DNA of 64,000 nt, taken from positions 3,520 through 67,519 of IMG/VR virus record IMGVR_UViG_3300020173_000008; one strand, given 5' to 3'. This document shows, one piece after another, positions 56,061 through 64,000 of the stretch (its first letter is position 1; every line of letters begins with the position of its first letter). Under the pieces are notes generated by a model, which saw only the letters and a program-made list of their open reading frames with translations, had not been told where the DNA came from and did no database searches. The stretch is from a virus. Position numbers and translations under genes: made by a program.

Positions 56061-56537
56061 TTAGGAAATAACTGGACCAGTACCAAGGTCGCCTGTAGCG
56101 CCTGTACCGTGACCAATCACTGCCCAACCGTCTGTACCTGTCCACTGTAGTGTGACAGATTCACCAACTGCGTTGAAGGTGAGTGTTGCTGCTGAACCAA
56201 TTGTTGTTGTGAGGTCAACGTCAACTGTGTTTGACACATCCTTAGCAACAATCATGTGAATCTGACCAACGATTGTTGCATCAGCAAGAGTTGTCTGAAC
56301 AGTAGCACTTGCACCGTTTAGGATATGAATACCCTTTGTGATGTCAAGAGCACCATCAGCGGTTACTGTCTCTGCGGTGTTTGTTGCAAGGGGAACGGGG
56401 ATATAGTTAAATACGTTTGCAACAGAAACCTTCTTGTTGATTGGTGTACCACTTGGGTCATCAACAACGTGGAAAAGGTCAGCGGTAGCAATACCTGTAG
56501 AAAGGTCTGTTAGTGCTGTAATCTTCTTGTCTGCCAT
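56061..56537 (-). CDS. Structural protein (fibre/decoration-like)
   Basis: [21 protein letters not shown]; beta-rich C-terminal domain. Confidence 0.6.
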   Translation of the reverse strand: MADKKITALTDLSTGIATADLFHVVDDPSGTPINKKVSVANVFNYIPVPLATNTAETVTADGALDITKGIHILNGASATVQTTLADATIVGQIHMIVAKDVSNTVDVDLTTTIGSAATLTFNAVGESVTLQWTGTDGWAVIGHGTGATGDLGTGPVIS

Positions 56538-56598
56538 TTTGGCTTCTCCTTATATAAACCCACAGTATTGTGGGAATGTTACTGAGGACATGAACGCA

Positions 56599-56793
56599 TC
56601 ATTCCTCATCACTTGTTTCATCATTAATTTCTTTGAGGAACGCTTCGCACTGTTGGTATGCTCCCAACAGTGCGTTTAGCGTTGCCTTATCATCCATAAT
56701 CTGCCTCTCGGCATTTGCAATCCGTTCTCGTACAGACTTTACATCTTCTACTAGAACTTCCATGCGATTCTTAATCATCTCTTCGTCAATCAT
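56599..56793 (-). CDS. Small coiled-coil protein
   Basis: LNALLGAYQQCE.FL. Confidence 0.6.
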   Translation of the reverse strand: MIDEEMIKNRMEVLVEDVKSVRERIANAERQIMDDKATLNALLGAYQQCEAFLKEINDETSDEE

Positions 56794-56823
56794 AATATCT
56801 CCATTATAATGTTTAGTTAACTA

Positions 56824-57417
56824 TTATGCAGTAACAGTAACGGTTCCAGCAGCAGTGCCCTGTCCAGCAGTAATGACAAGTTCAGCATTTGTTGCTGTAC
56901 CAGCATCCTTAATTGTACCACTGTTTAGTGCAACACTCTGTGCTCCAACTGAAAGAACGTCATCTTCGTTTGTTGCGGCATTAGCAGCAGCAATTGCAAG
57001 TGTGAACAGAAGTTCGTTTGTTCCAGTACCAGAAGCATAAGATAGGGTGTGTGGTCCACGACCTGTACCTGTACCTTCGTTACCATTGGTAATAGAAATT
57101 GTTGGTGTACCACCTGTTGTGACAACATCAACTGCCTCATTGTATCGAACCGTAACACTGAGTGTAAATCCATCAGACTTATCAGCAACAGTAGTATTGA
57201 GGTCAACACTGTCAATTGTAGCAGCACCAAGCGAGGTAGTGAGGTCACCGATTGCAACTAGAACCTCTGGGTCTGCGTTTGCATTATCGTTACCAGAAGA
57301 GGCGTTTCCTGCTTCACGAACCCAACCGGCTGTGGTCGCAAATACTTCTTTCTTCTCTGCTGTAGTTAGATTTTTTGGTTTGGACTCATCTGCGTCCGAA
57401 GCTCCCCATAAACCCAT
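56824..57417 (-). CDS. Structural protein with Ig-like beta domain
   Basis: MGLWG..D, GWV, EVLVAIG, YASGTGTNEL.F; late promoter upstream. Confidence 0.65.
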   Translation of the reverse strand: MGLWGASDADESKPKNLTTAEKKEVFATTAGWVREAGNASSGNDNANADPEVLVAIGDLTTSLGAATIDSVDLNTTVADKSDGFTLSVTVRYNEAVDVVTTGGTPTISITNGNEGTGTGRGPHTLSYASGTGTNELLFTLAIAAANAATNEDDVLSVGAQSVALNSGTIKDAGTATNAELVITAGQGTAAGTVTVTA

Positions 57418-57451
57418 TGTCTTTCTCCTTACTCTATAGAGTTTGTTTGTC

Positions 57452-57459
57452 TATTTATA
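57452..57459 (-). promoter_or_regulatory. T4 late promoter
   Basis: TATAAATA on the minus strand. Confidence 0.7.
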
Positions 57460-57975
57460 CTATTTAAACCCCAGACGTTTAAGTTCTGAAATGGTTTTAC
57501 TCACATTAGTGTGGTGGATACCGATTCCACCTTTGGCTTCCCACTCGTTAATATTCTTGATATAATCATCAATCAATACATTTGGTTTACCATTCGTTGT
57601 CGCATATTTCTGTTTATCAGAACGCATGACAAGATTAATTTTACCACGTTTAATCTTCGTATTCTTGGATAACCATTTCAGTTTTCCATTCCGTGAAGTT
57701 CCATCACGGTTAGAATATGCAGATAGGATTTCAGTATCGTACTTACTGATAAAATCCCACAAACGTTTACCACCAGATAACCATTGAAGATTTGCCCAGA
57801 AACCTTTTGTGTTTGCAATCTTGTTCCAACGTTGATCTTTATCGGAAGTTGCAAAAGGTTCACCAATTGCGTCCTCTGCACCACCGATAAAGTCAACAAG
57901 AACTTGATCCATATCACAAAAAATAGTAGGTAACTCTGCTTCTGAAATCTGTCTTACTTCAAGTAGTGTCTTCAC
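57460..57975 (-). CDS. HAD-family 5'(3')-nucleotidase/phosphatase
   Basis: IFCDMDQVLVDF, ILS, K..W, LIDD...N..EW...GG.GI.H. Confidence 0.85.
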   Translation of the reverse strand: MKTLLEVRQISEAELPTIFCDMDQVLVDFIGGAEDAIGEPFATSDKDQRWNKIANTKGFWANLQWLSGGKRLWDFISKYDTEILSAYSNRDGTSRNGKLKWLSKNTKIKRGKINLVMRSDKQKYATTNGKPNVLIDDYIKNINEWEAKGGIGIHHTNVSKTISELKRLGFK

Positions 57976-58541
57976 TTATCTTCTTTCTTCATCTCAGGGT
58001 CAACATCAACATCAGCAACCTTTCCACCTGTCATGGACTTCTTGCCTTTTACTGGTGCTATTATATCAGATTCCTCAGATTTGTCAAGTTTTTTTTCGTC
58101 TAAACCCCAAACTTTTGCAAGTGCTTCTTTCATAGATGCCTGCTTATATGCATTTGCAGTACCCCATGTTAGAGACTGGCCAGGAGTTACTTCTAGTGTA
58201 TGGTCACGATACTCATCTGTACCAATCTCATAAGACTCTTCGACATCTTTTTTCTCTTCTTCGTCCTCTTCGTCTTCTTCCTCATCATCAATTTCAATTT
58301 CGACCTTTTCATTCTTAACTGCCTTTGAGACTGTCTTACGACGATTGTGTAGATACTCATCAGAATCATCCACATCACCATCATTGTCGATGTCCTTGTC
58401 CTTGCGGTCATCAAAGTCCTTCTTGAGTGCCTTTGGATTTACCTTATCCATTGACTCACTTTTCTTTGCGGCCTCTGCCCAGACATTGAGGACAGAAGAC
58501 TCAAGGGTTCCTTCTTTTGTATCAAAATACTTCTTACCCAT
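57972..58541 (-). CDS. Acidic hypothetical protein
   Basis: DKDIDNDGDVDDSDEYLH.RR, YEIGTDEY...TPGQ. Confidence 0.65.
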   Translation of the reverse strand: MGKKYFDTKEGTLESSVLNVWAEAAKKSESMDKVNPKALKKDFDDRKDKDIDNDGDVDDSDEYLHNRRKTVSKAVKNEKVEIEIDDEEEDEEDEEEKKDVEESYEIGTDEYRDHTLEVTPGQSLTWGTANAYKQASMKEALAKVWGLDEKKLDKSEESDIIAPVKGKKSMTGGKVADVDVDPEMKKEDK

Positions 58542-59931
58542 TTTTATTCTCCTTGATTTTTCTATCAATCCTGTCTAGGATAGATTCTTTTTTGGGTTTC
58601 TCTCCACGTTCTTTCTTAGAGATTGCAATGGCTGCCTGCTGTGCAGGGGACACTGCTTCTTCTTTAAGTGCGTTTAACATATCACGATAAGACTTGCCAA
58701 TCTTTGCCTGAAACTTCTCTTTGTCTGCGGGTTTACGCATTGAGTTGTATTTCTGTTGAACTGCGATTGCCAGTTTAGCAGGAATTTGAATTTTCTTTCC
58801 ATCTTGGAATTCAACACCCATAGATGCCCTGTTTCCAGCTTTTCTCAATTGCATAATAATATTCTTTGATGCACCCTTTACGTCATCATCAGTTGCAGAG
58901 TCGTCTTTTGAGAATGCACGTTGTTTCATTTCTGGGTCACGGCGCATTGCACGGCGAGCATCAGCAGCGGCAGATGCTTCTTCAATCTCAAATTCTTCCT
59001 TGTGAACCTTCTGAAGATGAGTGAAAAGAGAGTCGATATCATTACCTACCCACTGACCTTTCATACCCTTCATGTTTGCAACGAAGTTATCTGCTTCATC
59101 GTCATATGAGAAGTCACCAAGTTTCTTACCGTTCTGCATAATAGCATGAACACCACTCTTGCCTCGCATAAGTTCGAAAGGACCAGACTTGACTGACTTG
59201 GCACCCTTCTGCCACTGGTCACCCATCTTACCTTCTTCAAGGTCAACTTCTTCTTTCACTCCTGACAATTTATATGCTGCATTAGCAAGTTGAGTGACTT
59301 TCATTTTCCTCATCTTGTCTTGATTTTGCTTGTTTACCTTATTAAAGATATTCATAATTAATGATGCGGTAAATGTATCAACCATTACACCATCAATCTT
59401 CATTGCTTGTTTGTCATCAACAACCTTTTGAATTTTATCAATCGTTCCACCAAACGCAGAACCACCTACCTCATCAAGTTCAGTCTCTTCATTCTGTCTA
59501 CGAAGAACTGCACGAACTTGTGGGTGGTCTGATAGACCAGGCTTAATCTTGTCAATTGCATCCGCAGCACCTGTCATGTTACCACCCTTGTAACGTTTGT
59601 CAGATGCAATACCGATTGCCATCTGAATTTCTTTTGCAGAGAACTTTGCTTCATCCATAGGACCACCTGGCCGAGTCAATTTTTCTTCTTCATCACCCTC
59701 ATCATCATCTTCAACCTTTTCGTTCTTCATCATCTTGGTTGCAGTGGCCATCTTAACTGACATCCACTTATCACCATAACGCTTCTTGAAGTCATCGTCA
59801 GGAAGGTCTTTTGCAATTTCTTCTCTACGTTTCTCTTCGTCAGGTGTCAAGTCTCTTTCTAAGAGAGATGCCTCACGAACATCATACATGATTTGTAGAG
59901 TATCTTTCATTGATTGTCTGTAACTAGTCAT
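58534..59931 (-). CDS. Modular protein with repeated (L/I/M)-x-E junctions (candidate head-internal polyprotein)
   Basis: LLE-R, MDE-A, LDE-V, LEE-G, IEE-A, LKEE-A separate short modules. Confidence 0.6.
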   Translation of the reverse strand: MTSYRQSMKDTLQIMYDVREASLLERDLTPDEEKRREEIAKDLPDDDFKKRYGDKWMSVKMATATKMMKNEKVEDDDEGDEEEKLTRPGGPMDEAKFSAKEIQMAIGIASDKRYKGGNMTGAADAIDKIKPGLSDHPQVRAVLRRQNEETELDEVGGSAFGGTIDKIQKVVDDKQAMKIDGVMVDTFTASLIMNIFNKVNKQNQDKMRKMKVTQLANAAYKLSGVKEEVDLEEGKMGDQWQKGAKSVKSGPFELMRGKSGVHAIMQNGKKLGDFSYDDEADNFVANMKGMKGQWVGNDIDSLFTHLQKVHKEEFEIEEASAAADARRAMRRDPEMKQRAFSKDDSATDDDVKGASKNIIMQLRKAGNRASMGVEFQDGKKIQIPAKLAIAVQQKYNSMRKPADKEKFQAKIGKSYRDMLNALKEEAVSPAQQAAIAISKKERGEKPKKESILDRIDRKIKENKNG

Positions 59932-60193
59932 TTTCTTTTATCTCCAATACTAAAGTGGTATCCCCCCTTAGTAGTCTATGAAATGTTTCCTTTGCAATGT
60001 ACAAACTATCTCCGACACTCAGAGGTCTTGGTAGTTCGTTGTCATATTGAAATTGCCAACCTTCTCCGTATAAAACTTTTACTTTTCTGTCTTTCTTGTC
60101 TCTATGCCAAATTAACTCTGTATTTTCAACAAATCGACTAAAAGAACGAATTGTTTTTCCATCTATATATTTATCATTATATGGATTTGTCAT
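59924..60193 (-). CDS. Small cupin-like protein
   Basis: ELIWHRD, GWQFQ.DN..P, HRL..G. Confidence 0.7.
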   Translation of the reverse strand: MTNPYNDKYIDGKTIRSFSRFVENTELIWHRDKKDRKVKVLYGEGWQFQYDNELPRPLSVGDSLYIAKETFHRLLRGDTTLVLEIKEND

Positions 60194-62736
60194 TACCAGT
60201 AAAAATTCCCACCGCCGGAAAGTCCAAGTTGAGATGCATATCTAGGTAGATTACACGCCCAATATGATGCTTTGGTCTTATCCTTCTGTTGATCACACTT
60301 ATGACGAGCAGCAAATGACTTTCTTGCAGCAGGGTCATTAAGTTTAACCTTTAGACCTGTTGTGTCACCCCATGTGACCTTCTTGACGTTACCTGTTGAT
60401 GGGTCACGCACATACACATAGTATTTCTTTGGACCACCAGCCTTTGGTTTGTTTAGAGGTGGGTTTTTCTCCTCCTCTTCCATCATAGGACAATCTAGAG
60501 GAACAACCTGTTCTTCATAAGTTGCAAACTTACCAAGATCACCTTCCATGAGTTCCTTGTCAAAACCAGTAACTTCTAGACGACCTTCATTATACATCTT
60601 TCGCATATTAGTGAAATACTCAAAGTATGCTTCAGAACCTACACGATACTGGTTGTTTTCAATGAGAACGGATTCTGTCTCACAGTCCTCACAACATGCT
60701 TCTTCCTGTGCTTTCTGAATCTGGTCTGGTGTGGGTGCGCCCTTCTCACCCTTCTTTCTCATCTTCTCACCAGAACCACTCTTGATTCTTTCACGTTTCT
60801 TGTGAATGTTGTCCCATAGACCTTCATCAATTTCATCCAGTGCCTCTAGAACGTCTGGATGATACTGGAATGCACCCTTCACTTCATGTTCTGGAAATTC
60901 CTTTGCAAACATAAGTGCAGAGTAACCACTCACCGTACTTGGTTTCCAACTCTCACCAAGGTCAACAGACTCACTCTTACCTTTTGCCTTTGCTGCAAGG
61001 TCTTTGTCTGCACCACCCCAAGTTCCAGAGGATTTTGATATGAATGAATTTAGCCTAGCATGTCCCCACTGCTCTGGAGTTGTGCCTGGTCTATGTCCTG
61101 TGCGCCATGCGGCAACACCACGATTATAAACCTGTTTCAAAATAGAAAATGAAATTCCAGACTTCTCTGCTTTTTTTCTAATAGATGAATCTGCTGCACC
61201 CTCACGCAATCTTGGTTCTCTGCGATTGGTTGATGGGTCTTCATTGCGAAGGTTCTTTGGGTCATTGTTTAAAGGATTGTTGTCCTTGTGTCCAATGTCT
61301 TTTCCCTTGATTGCATTATCACCCATGATGCGACGAGCCTTGTTGCGGGAAGACCGTCTCTCAATCTGCTCAGGTTTTGAGTGGTAATTGGCATACTCTT
61401 TCTTATAATCGCGGGCCTCATCATAGAGGTCTGGATACATCTGACGAACTTTCTTTGTGTGCTTTGATATTTTAGTCTTTGCACTCTTGTCGCCAGGTGC
61501 AGGTTTGTATGCACTAGGATCATCATCGTCCTTCTCTGCACCCTTCTCAAAATGTCTTGCCCTTGCCTGCTTAGTAGACTTGGACATTTCATCACCTTCA
61601 GCATCCTTTGCATAGTATTTTTTGGGTTGCGTTCCTTCTCTGTCCTTAATGTCCTTATCCTGTTTTACAGAGGTTGCTTCCTTGAACGTGGGCATATAAC
61701 TTGCACGAAGTTCCTTTGGTAACTTACCCTGCATAACAAGATCGTTGATGTATGAAATTAGAGTGCGGGGATTTACATCTCTATACTGTAATGCAATTTT
61801 AGTTGCAGCAAGATTAGGTTTCCCCTTATACTCAGGTTTCTTTGCGAGATCAACATATTGCTTTGCCATTTTTTCGAATTCTCTTGGTGCGGCCCTTTTC
61901 TGAATTTTACCACCTAAAGCACTATACCAAGCACGTTCATCAACTTGGTGTAAAAATGCTTTGTGGAATTTACCGTCTTCATCAACAAAGGAAAGATAGT
62001 TAGTCCCTCTACGAACCACTTCACCACTTAAACCATTTGCTTCTACGATGTCTCCAATGTTACCCCACTCTCCTCGTAGGTATGCATCACGCAATGCGTC
62101 ATAATCTGAAGTTATGTCGAGGTCTTCTTTTGCTTCACGCACACCCATGAATTTACGCACATCATCGTACATTTTCTTTGCATCAGTTTCTTTCATAGGT
62201 GAACCATTTTTGAAAGTTTCAAAATCACCAGACTGTGCAGCTGCGCGCATAACTGACGCCGAGATAGCTTCTGTTGGGTCTGCCGAATCGGGATCGCGTT
62301 CTCCCGAACTGACGACCCGCACACCATCGGGGAAGTCGAAATTTATGGTTCCCGATTTATCCGCCTTACCATTGTATCGGTCAAGTAGACGCTGGAATTC
62401 TTGAATTCTATCACTTCCTGCGACAAGCACGAGGCCCGTGTACCCATCTTGGTTCACTTTTTGAGCTGCATGAATAACTGTCTTGACAGATTTATCAACT
62501 TGGATTGCCTTTGCATGTTTAGGGAAGGACCGTTTTGCATATGTGAGCTTCTTAACAAAGGGAAGCGGGTCTTTTGGTCCAACTGTTTGAGACAAGTAAA
62601 TTCTATATGGATTACTTCCGGCGATTGATTTTACCTTGTCGCAAAGTTTGGCATGTCCGATAGTGGGCGGATTCATACGCCCGAAGGCCATGACCATAAC
62701 ACCTTTTGCTTCTGATAACTCTCTAAACTTTTTCAT
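60193..62736 (-). CDS. Cytidylyltransferase/NMNAT-like nucleotidyltransferase fused to HNH and further modules
   Basis: FGRMNPPTIGH, VAGSDR, SASVMR; HNH-like DIGHKDNNPLNN..NL; ARKSF.ARH.C module. Confidence 0.75.
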   Translation of the reverse strand: MKKFRELSEAKGVMVMAFGRMNPPTIGHAKLCDKVKSIAGSNPYRIYLSQTVGPKDPLPFVKKLTYAKRSFPKHAKAIQVDKSVKTVIHAAQKVNQDGYTGLVLVAGSDRIQEFQRLLDRYNGKADKSGTINFDFPDGVRVVSSGERDPDSADPTEAISASVMRAAAQSGDFETFKNGSPMKETDAKKMYDDVRKFMGVREAKEDLDITSDYDALRDAYLRGEWGNIGDIVEANGLSGEVVRRGTNYLSFVDEDGKFHKAFLHQVDERAWYSALGGKIQKRAAPREFEKMAKQYVDLAKKPEYKGKPNLAATKIALQYRDVNPRTLISYINDLVMQGKLPKELRASYMPTFKEATSVKQDKDIKDREGTQPKKYYAKDAEGDEMSKSTKQARARHFEKGAEKDDDDPSAYKPAPGDKSAKTKISKHTKKVRQMYPDLYDEARDYKKEYANYHSKPEQIERRSSRNKARRIMGDNAIKGKDIGHKDNNPLNNDPKNLRNEDPSTNRREPRLREGAADSSIRKKAEKSGISFSILKQVYNRGVAAWRTGHRPGTTPEQWGHARLNSFISKSSGTWGGADKDLAAKAKGKSESVDLGESWKPSTVSGYSALMFAKEFPEHEVKGAFQYHPDVLEALDEIDEGLWDNIHKKRERIKSGSGEKMRKKGEKGAPTPDQIQKAQEEACCEDCETESVLIENNQYRVGSEAYFEYFTNMRKMYNEGRLEVTGFDKELMEGDLGKFATYEEQVVPLDCPMMEEEEKNPPLNKPKAGGPKKYYVYVRDPSTGNVKKVTWGDTTGLKVKLNDPAARKSFAARHKCDQQKDKTKASYWACNLPRYASQLGLSGGGNFYW

Positions 62737-63107
62737 GAGTCTTCTCTCTGTGCTGCACGAGCTTGTTTAACTCTCTCTACTTCGTCTTTCTTCAGACGCA
62801 TTGCCATTTTCTTGCTGATCTTGTCTATTTTGGGACCAAACTTGCTCAGAAGTTTTTGATCAACAATACTTTTTTGTTGAAGTGACATCTCATCATATTG
62901 TGGGAAAAACTTATCGCGAAACTGTTGGATTGTCTTTTTTCTCGCCACTGCATCTATTTTATCTGCACTTCTAAACTTTAACAATGCACGTTTTTTCTTC
63001 AACTGAAAAGATGGTGACTTCGCAAGTTTAGCCATTCGTCTTGCTTGCTTCTTGCGTTGAATCACGTTTACCTTGCGTTCGTATAGATCGGTAAATCTTT
63101 TGGTCAT
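62733..63107 (-). CDS. Highly basic hypothetical protein
   Basis: 124 aa, K/R-rich; N-terminus MTKRFTDLYE. Confidence 0.65.
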   Translation of the reverse strand: MTKRFTDLYERKVNVIQRKKQARRMAKLAKSPSFQLKKKRALLKFRSADKIDAVARKKTIQQFRDKFFPQYDEMSLQQKSIVDQKLLSKFGPKIDKISKKMAMRLKKDEVERVKQARAAQREDS

Positions 63108-64000
63108 GACATTGCCTTTGCTTTATCTTGGTATTTATTACCTTCAACTTTAAGAGTAAATGACCTACTCTGATCAGCAATAAGTTCGAACATTAAATAG
63201 ACTGGTTCTGGTTTTCCACCAACTTCTTTAAAATCTGTCACGATCTTAAAATGAATTACATTGTATAATTGTTGTTCTTTTCCCTTTTTGGCTTTTCTAA
63301 CACTGATAATTGCAACAGGGAAATCATTATAGTCTCTACCTTTTGCGGTTAGTTCTTTGACCTTATCTTGTTTAAATTCATTTCTTGTACCTAAAACAAC
63401 AGCCTTTTTATCCTCACCACCATACACTATAACAAGAGGTAAAGATGTGTTTCCAAACTTTACTTCCGATTCAATTTCAGCAGCAAAGGCATATAATGCC
63501 TGACTAAGATTTTCATACTGTGAAATATTACGTTCAACAGATTTTAGGATTGCAAAGATTGCAACATTAGCAGAGAAGTTCATTCCAATCTTTAGAGCAA
63601 CAAAGATATCAGACTTTGTTATGATATCTCCTTCTTTTGTGTTAAGAACAAACTCTACGGCGTTGGCAACTTCTGTCATGTTCAGAATACCAGCATTAGA
63701 ATTTGGTAACATGAGGATTGGTGGTACTTTACGGTCTGGTGCAGAAAAAGAAGAATTTAATTTTTCTAATAATGCAACATTATCTCTATGTACTTGATTG
63801 ATTTTATCTTTCTTTATAAACTCGTTTTGAATTGTCTGAAACTCTTTTAACAAAGTCTTTGTTACTTTTATGTTTGGACTTTTCTTTTCTCCAAGAAATG
63901 TTGTTAGATTAGACTCAGTAAGACGTGTCGTAGAAACAACATTTGTTATTGCTCTCATCCCACGATCTCTTTTAATCATTTGGTTAGAGAGCTTAACAGC
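63104..64000 (-). CDS. Hypothetical protein, probably 5'-truncated by the window end
   Basis: Frame stays open from 63104 to the window edge. Confidence 0.6.
   Translation of the reverse strand, partial: AVKLSNQMIKRDRGMRAITNVVSTTRLTESNLTTFLGEKKSPNIKVTKTLLKEFQTIQNEFIKKDKINQVHRDNVALLEKLNSSFSAPDRKVPPILMLPNSNAGILNMTEVANAVEFVLNTKEGDIITKSDIFVALKIGMNFSANVAIFAILKSVERNISQYENLSQALYAFAAEIESEVKFGNTSLPLVIVYGGEDKKAVVLGTRNEFKQDKVKELTAKGRDYNDFPVAIISVRKAKKGKEQQLYNVIHFKIVTDFKEVGGKPEPVYLMFELIADQSRSFTLKVEGNKYQDKAKAMS

Noticed and set aside
1-64000. Many antisense or alternate-frame ORFs in the six-frame track, and possible stop-codon recoding
   Set aside because: They shadow well-supported genes and lack motifs or SDs. 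Core genes are full length in the standard code, using TAA, TGA and TAG stops, and no suppressor tRNA is seen.

Overview
A 64 kb segment of a large T4-like (myovirus) phage genome, densely coded and mostly on the minus strand. Core T4-like genes present: uvsX, gp41, gp59, gp61, gp32, gp33, rnh, gp2, gp4, gp26, gp48, gp51, gp53, gp54-like, nrdA, Grx-nrdB, thyX, dCMP deaminase, phoH, lysozyme, spanins and fibre genes. T4-type late promoters (TATAAATA) and seven near-identical sigma70 early-promoter cassettes are visible. A circularly permuted two-piece tmRNA of alphaproteobacterial type (tag ANDNFAPMALAA) points to an alphaproteobacterial host; a marine origin is inferred from gene content only. 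The most unusual elements are: (1) an 8-gene curli-secretion / curlin-like / FecR / CHASE2-adenylate-cyclase operon that looks like a trans-envelope signalling system; (2) two intact tRNA genes lying in frame on the same strand inside one protein-coding ORF; (3) a set of enzymes (ligase-like, P-loop kinase, HAD phosphatase, nucleotidyltransferase polyprotein) with T4 internal-protein-like capsid-targeting N-termini; (4) a late-promoter-driven structured ncRNA with a terminator upstream of phoH. All calls come from reading motifs and synteny by eye. No searches were run.
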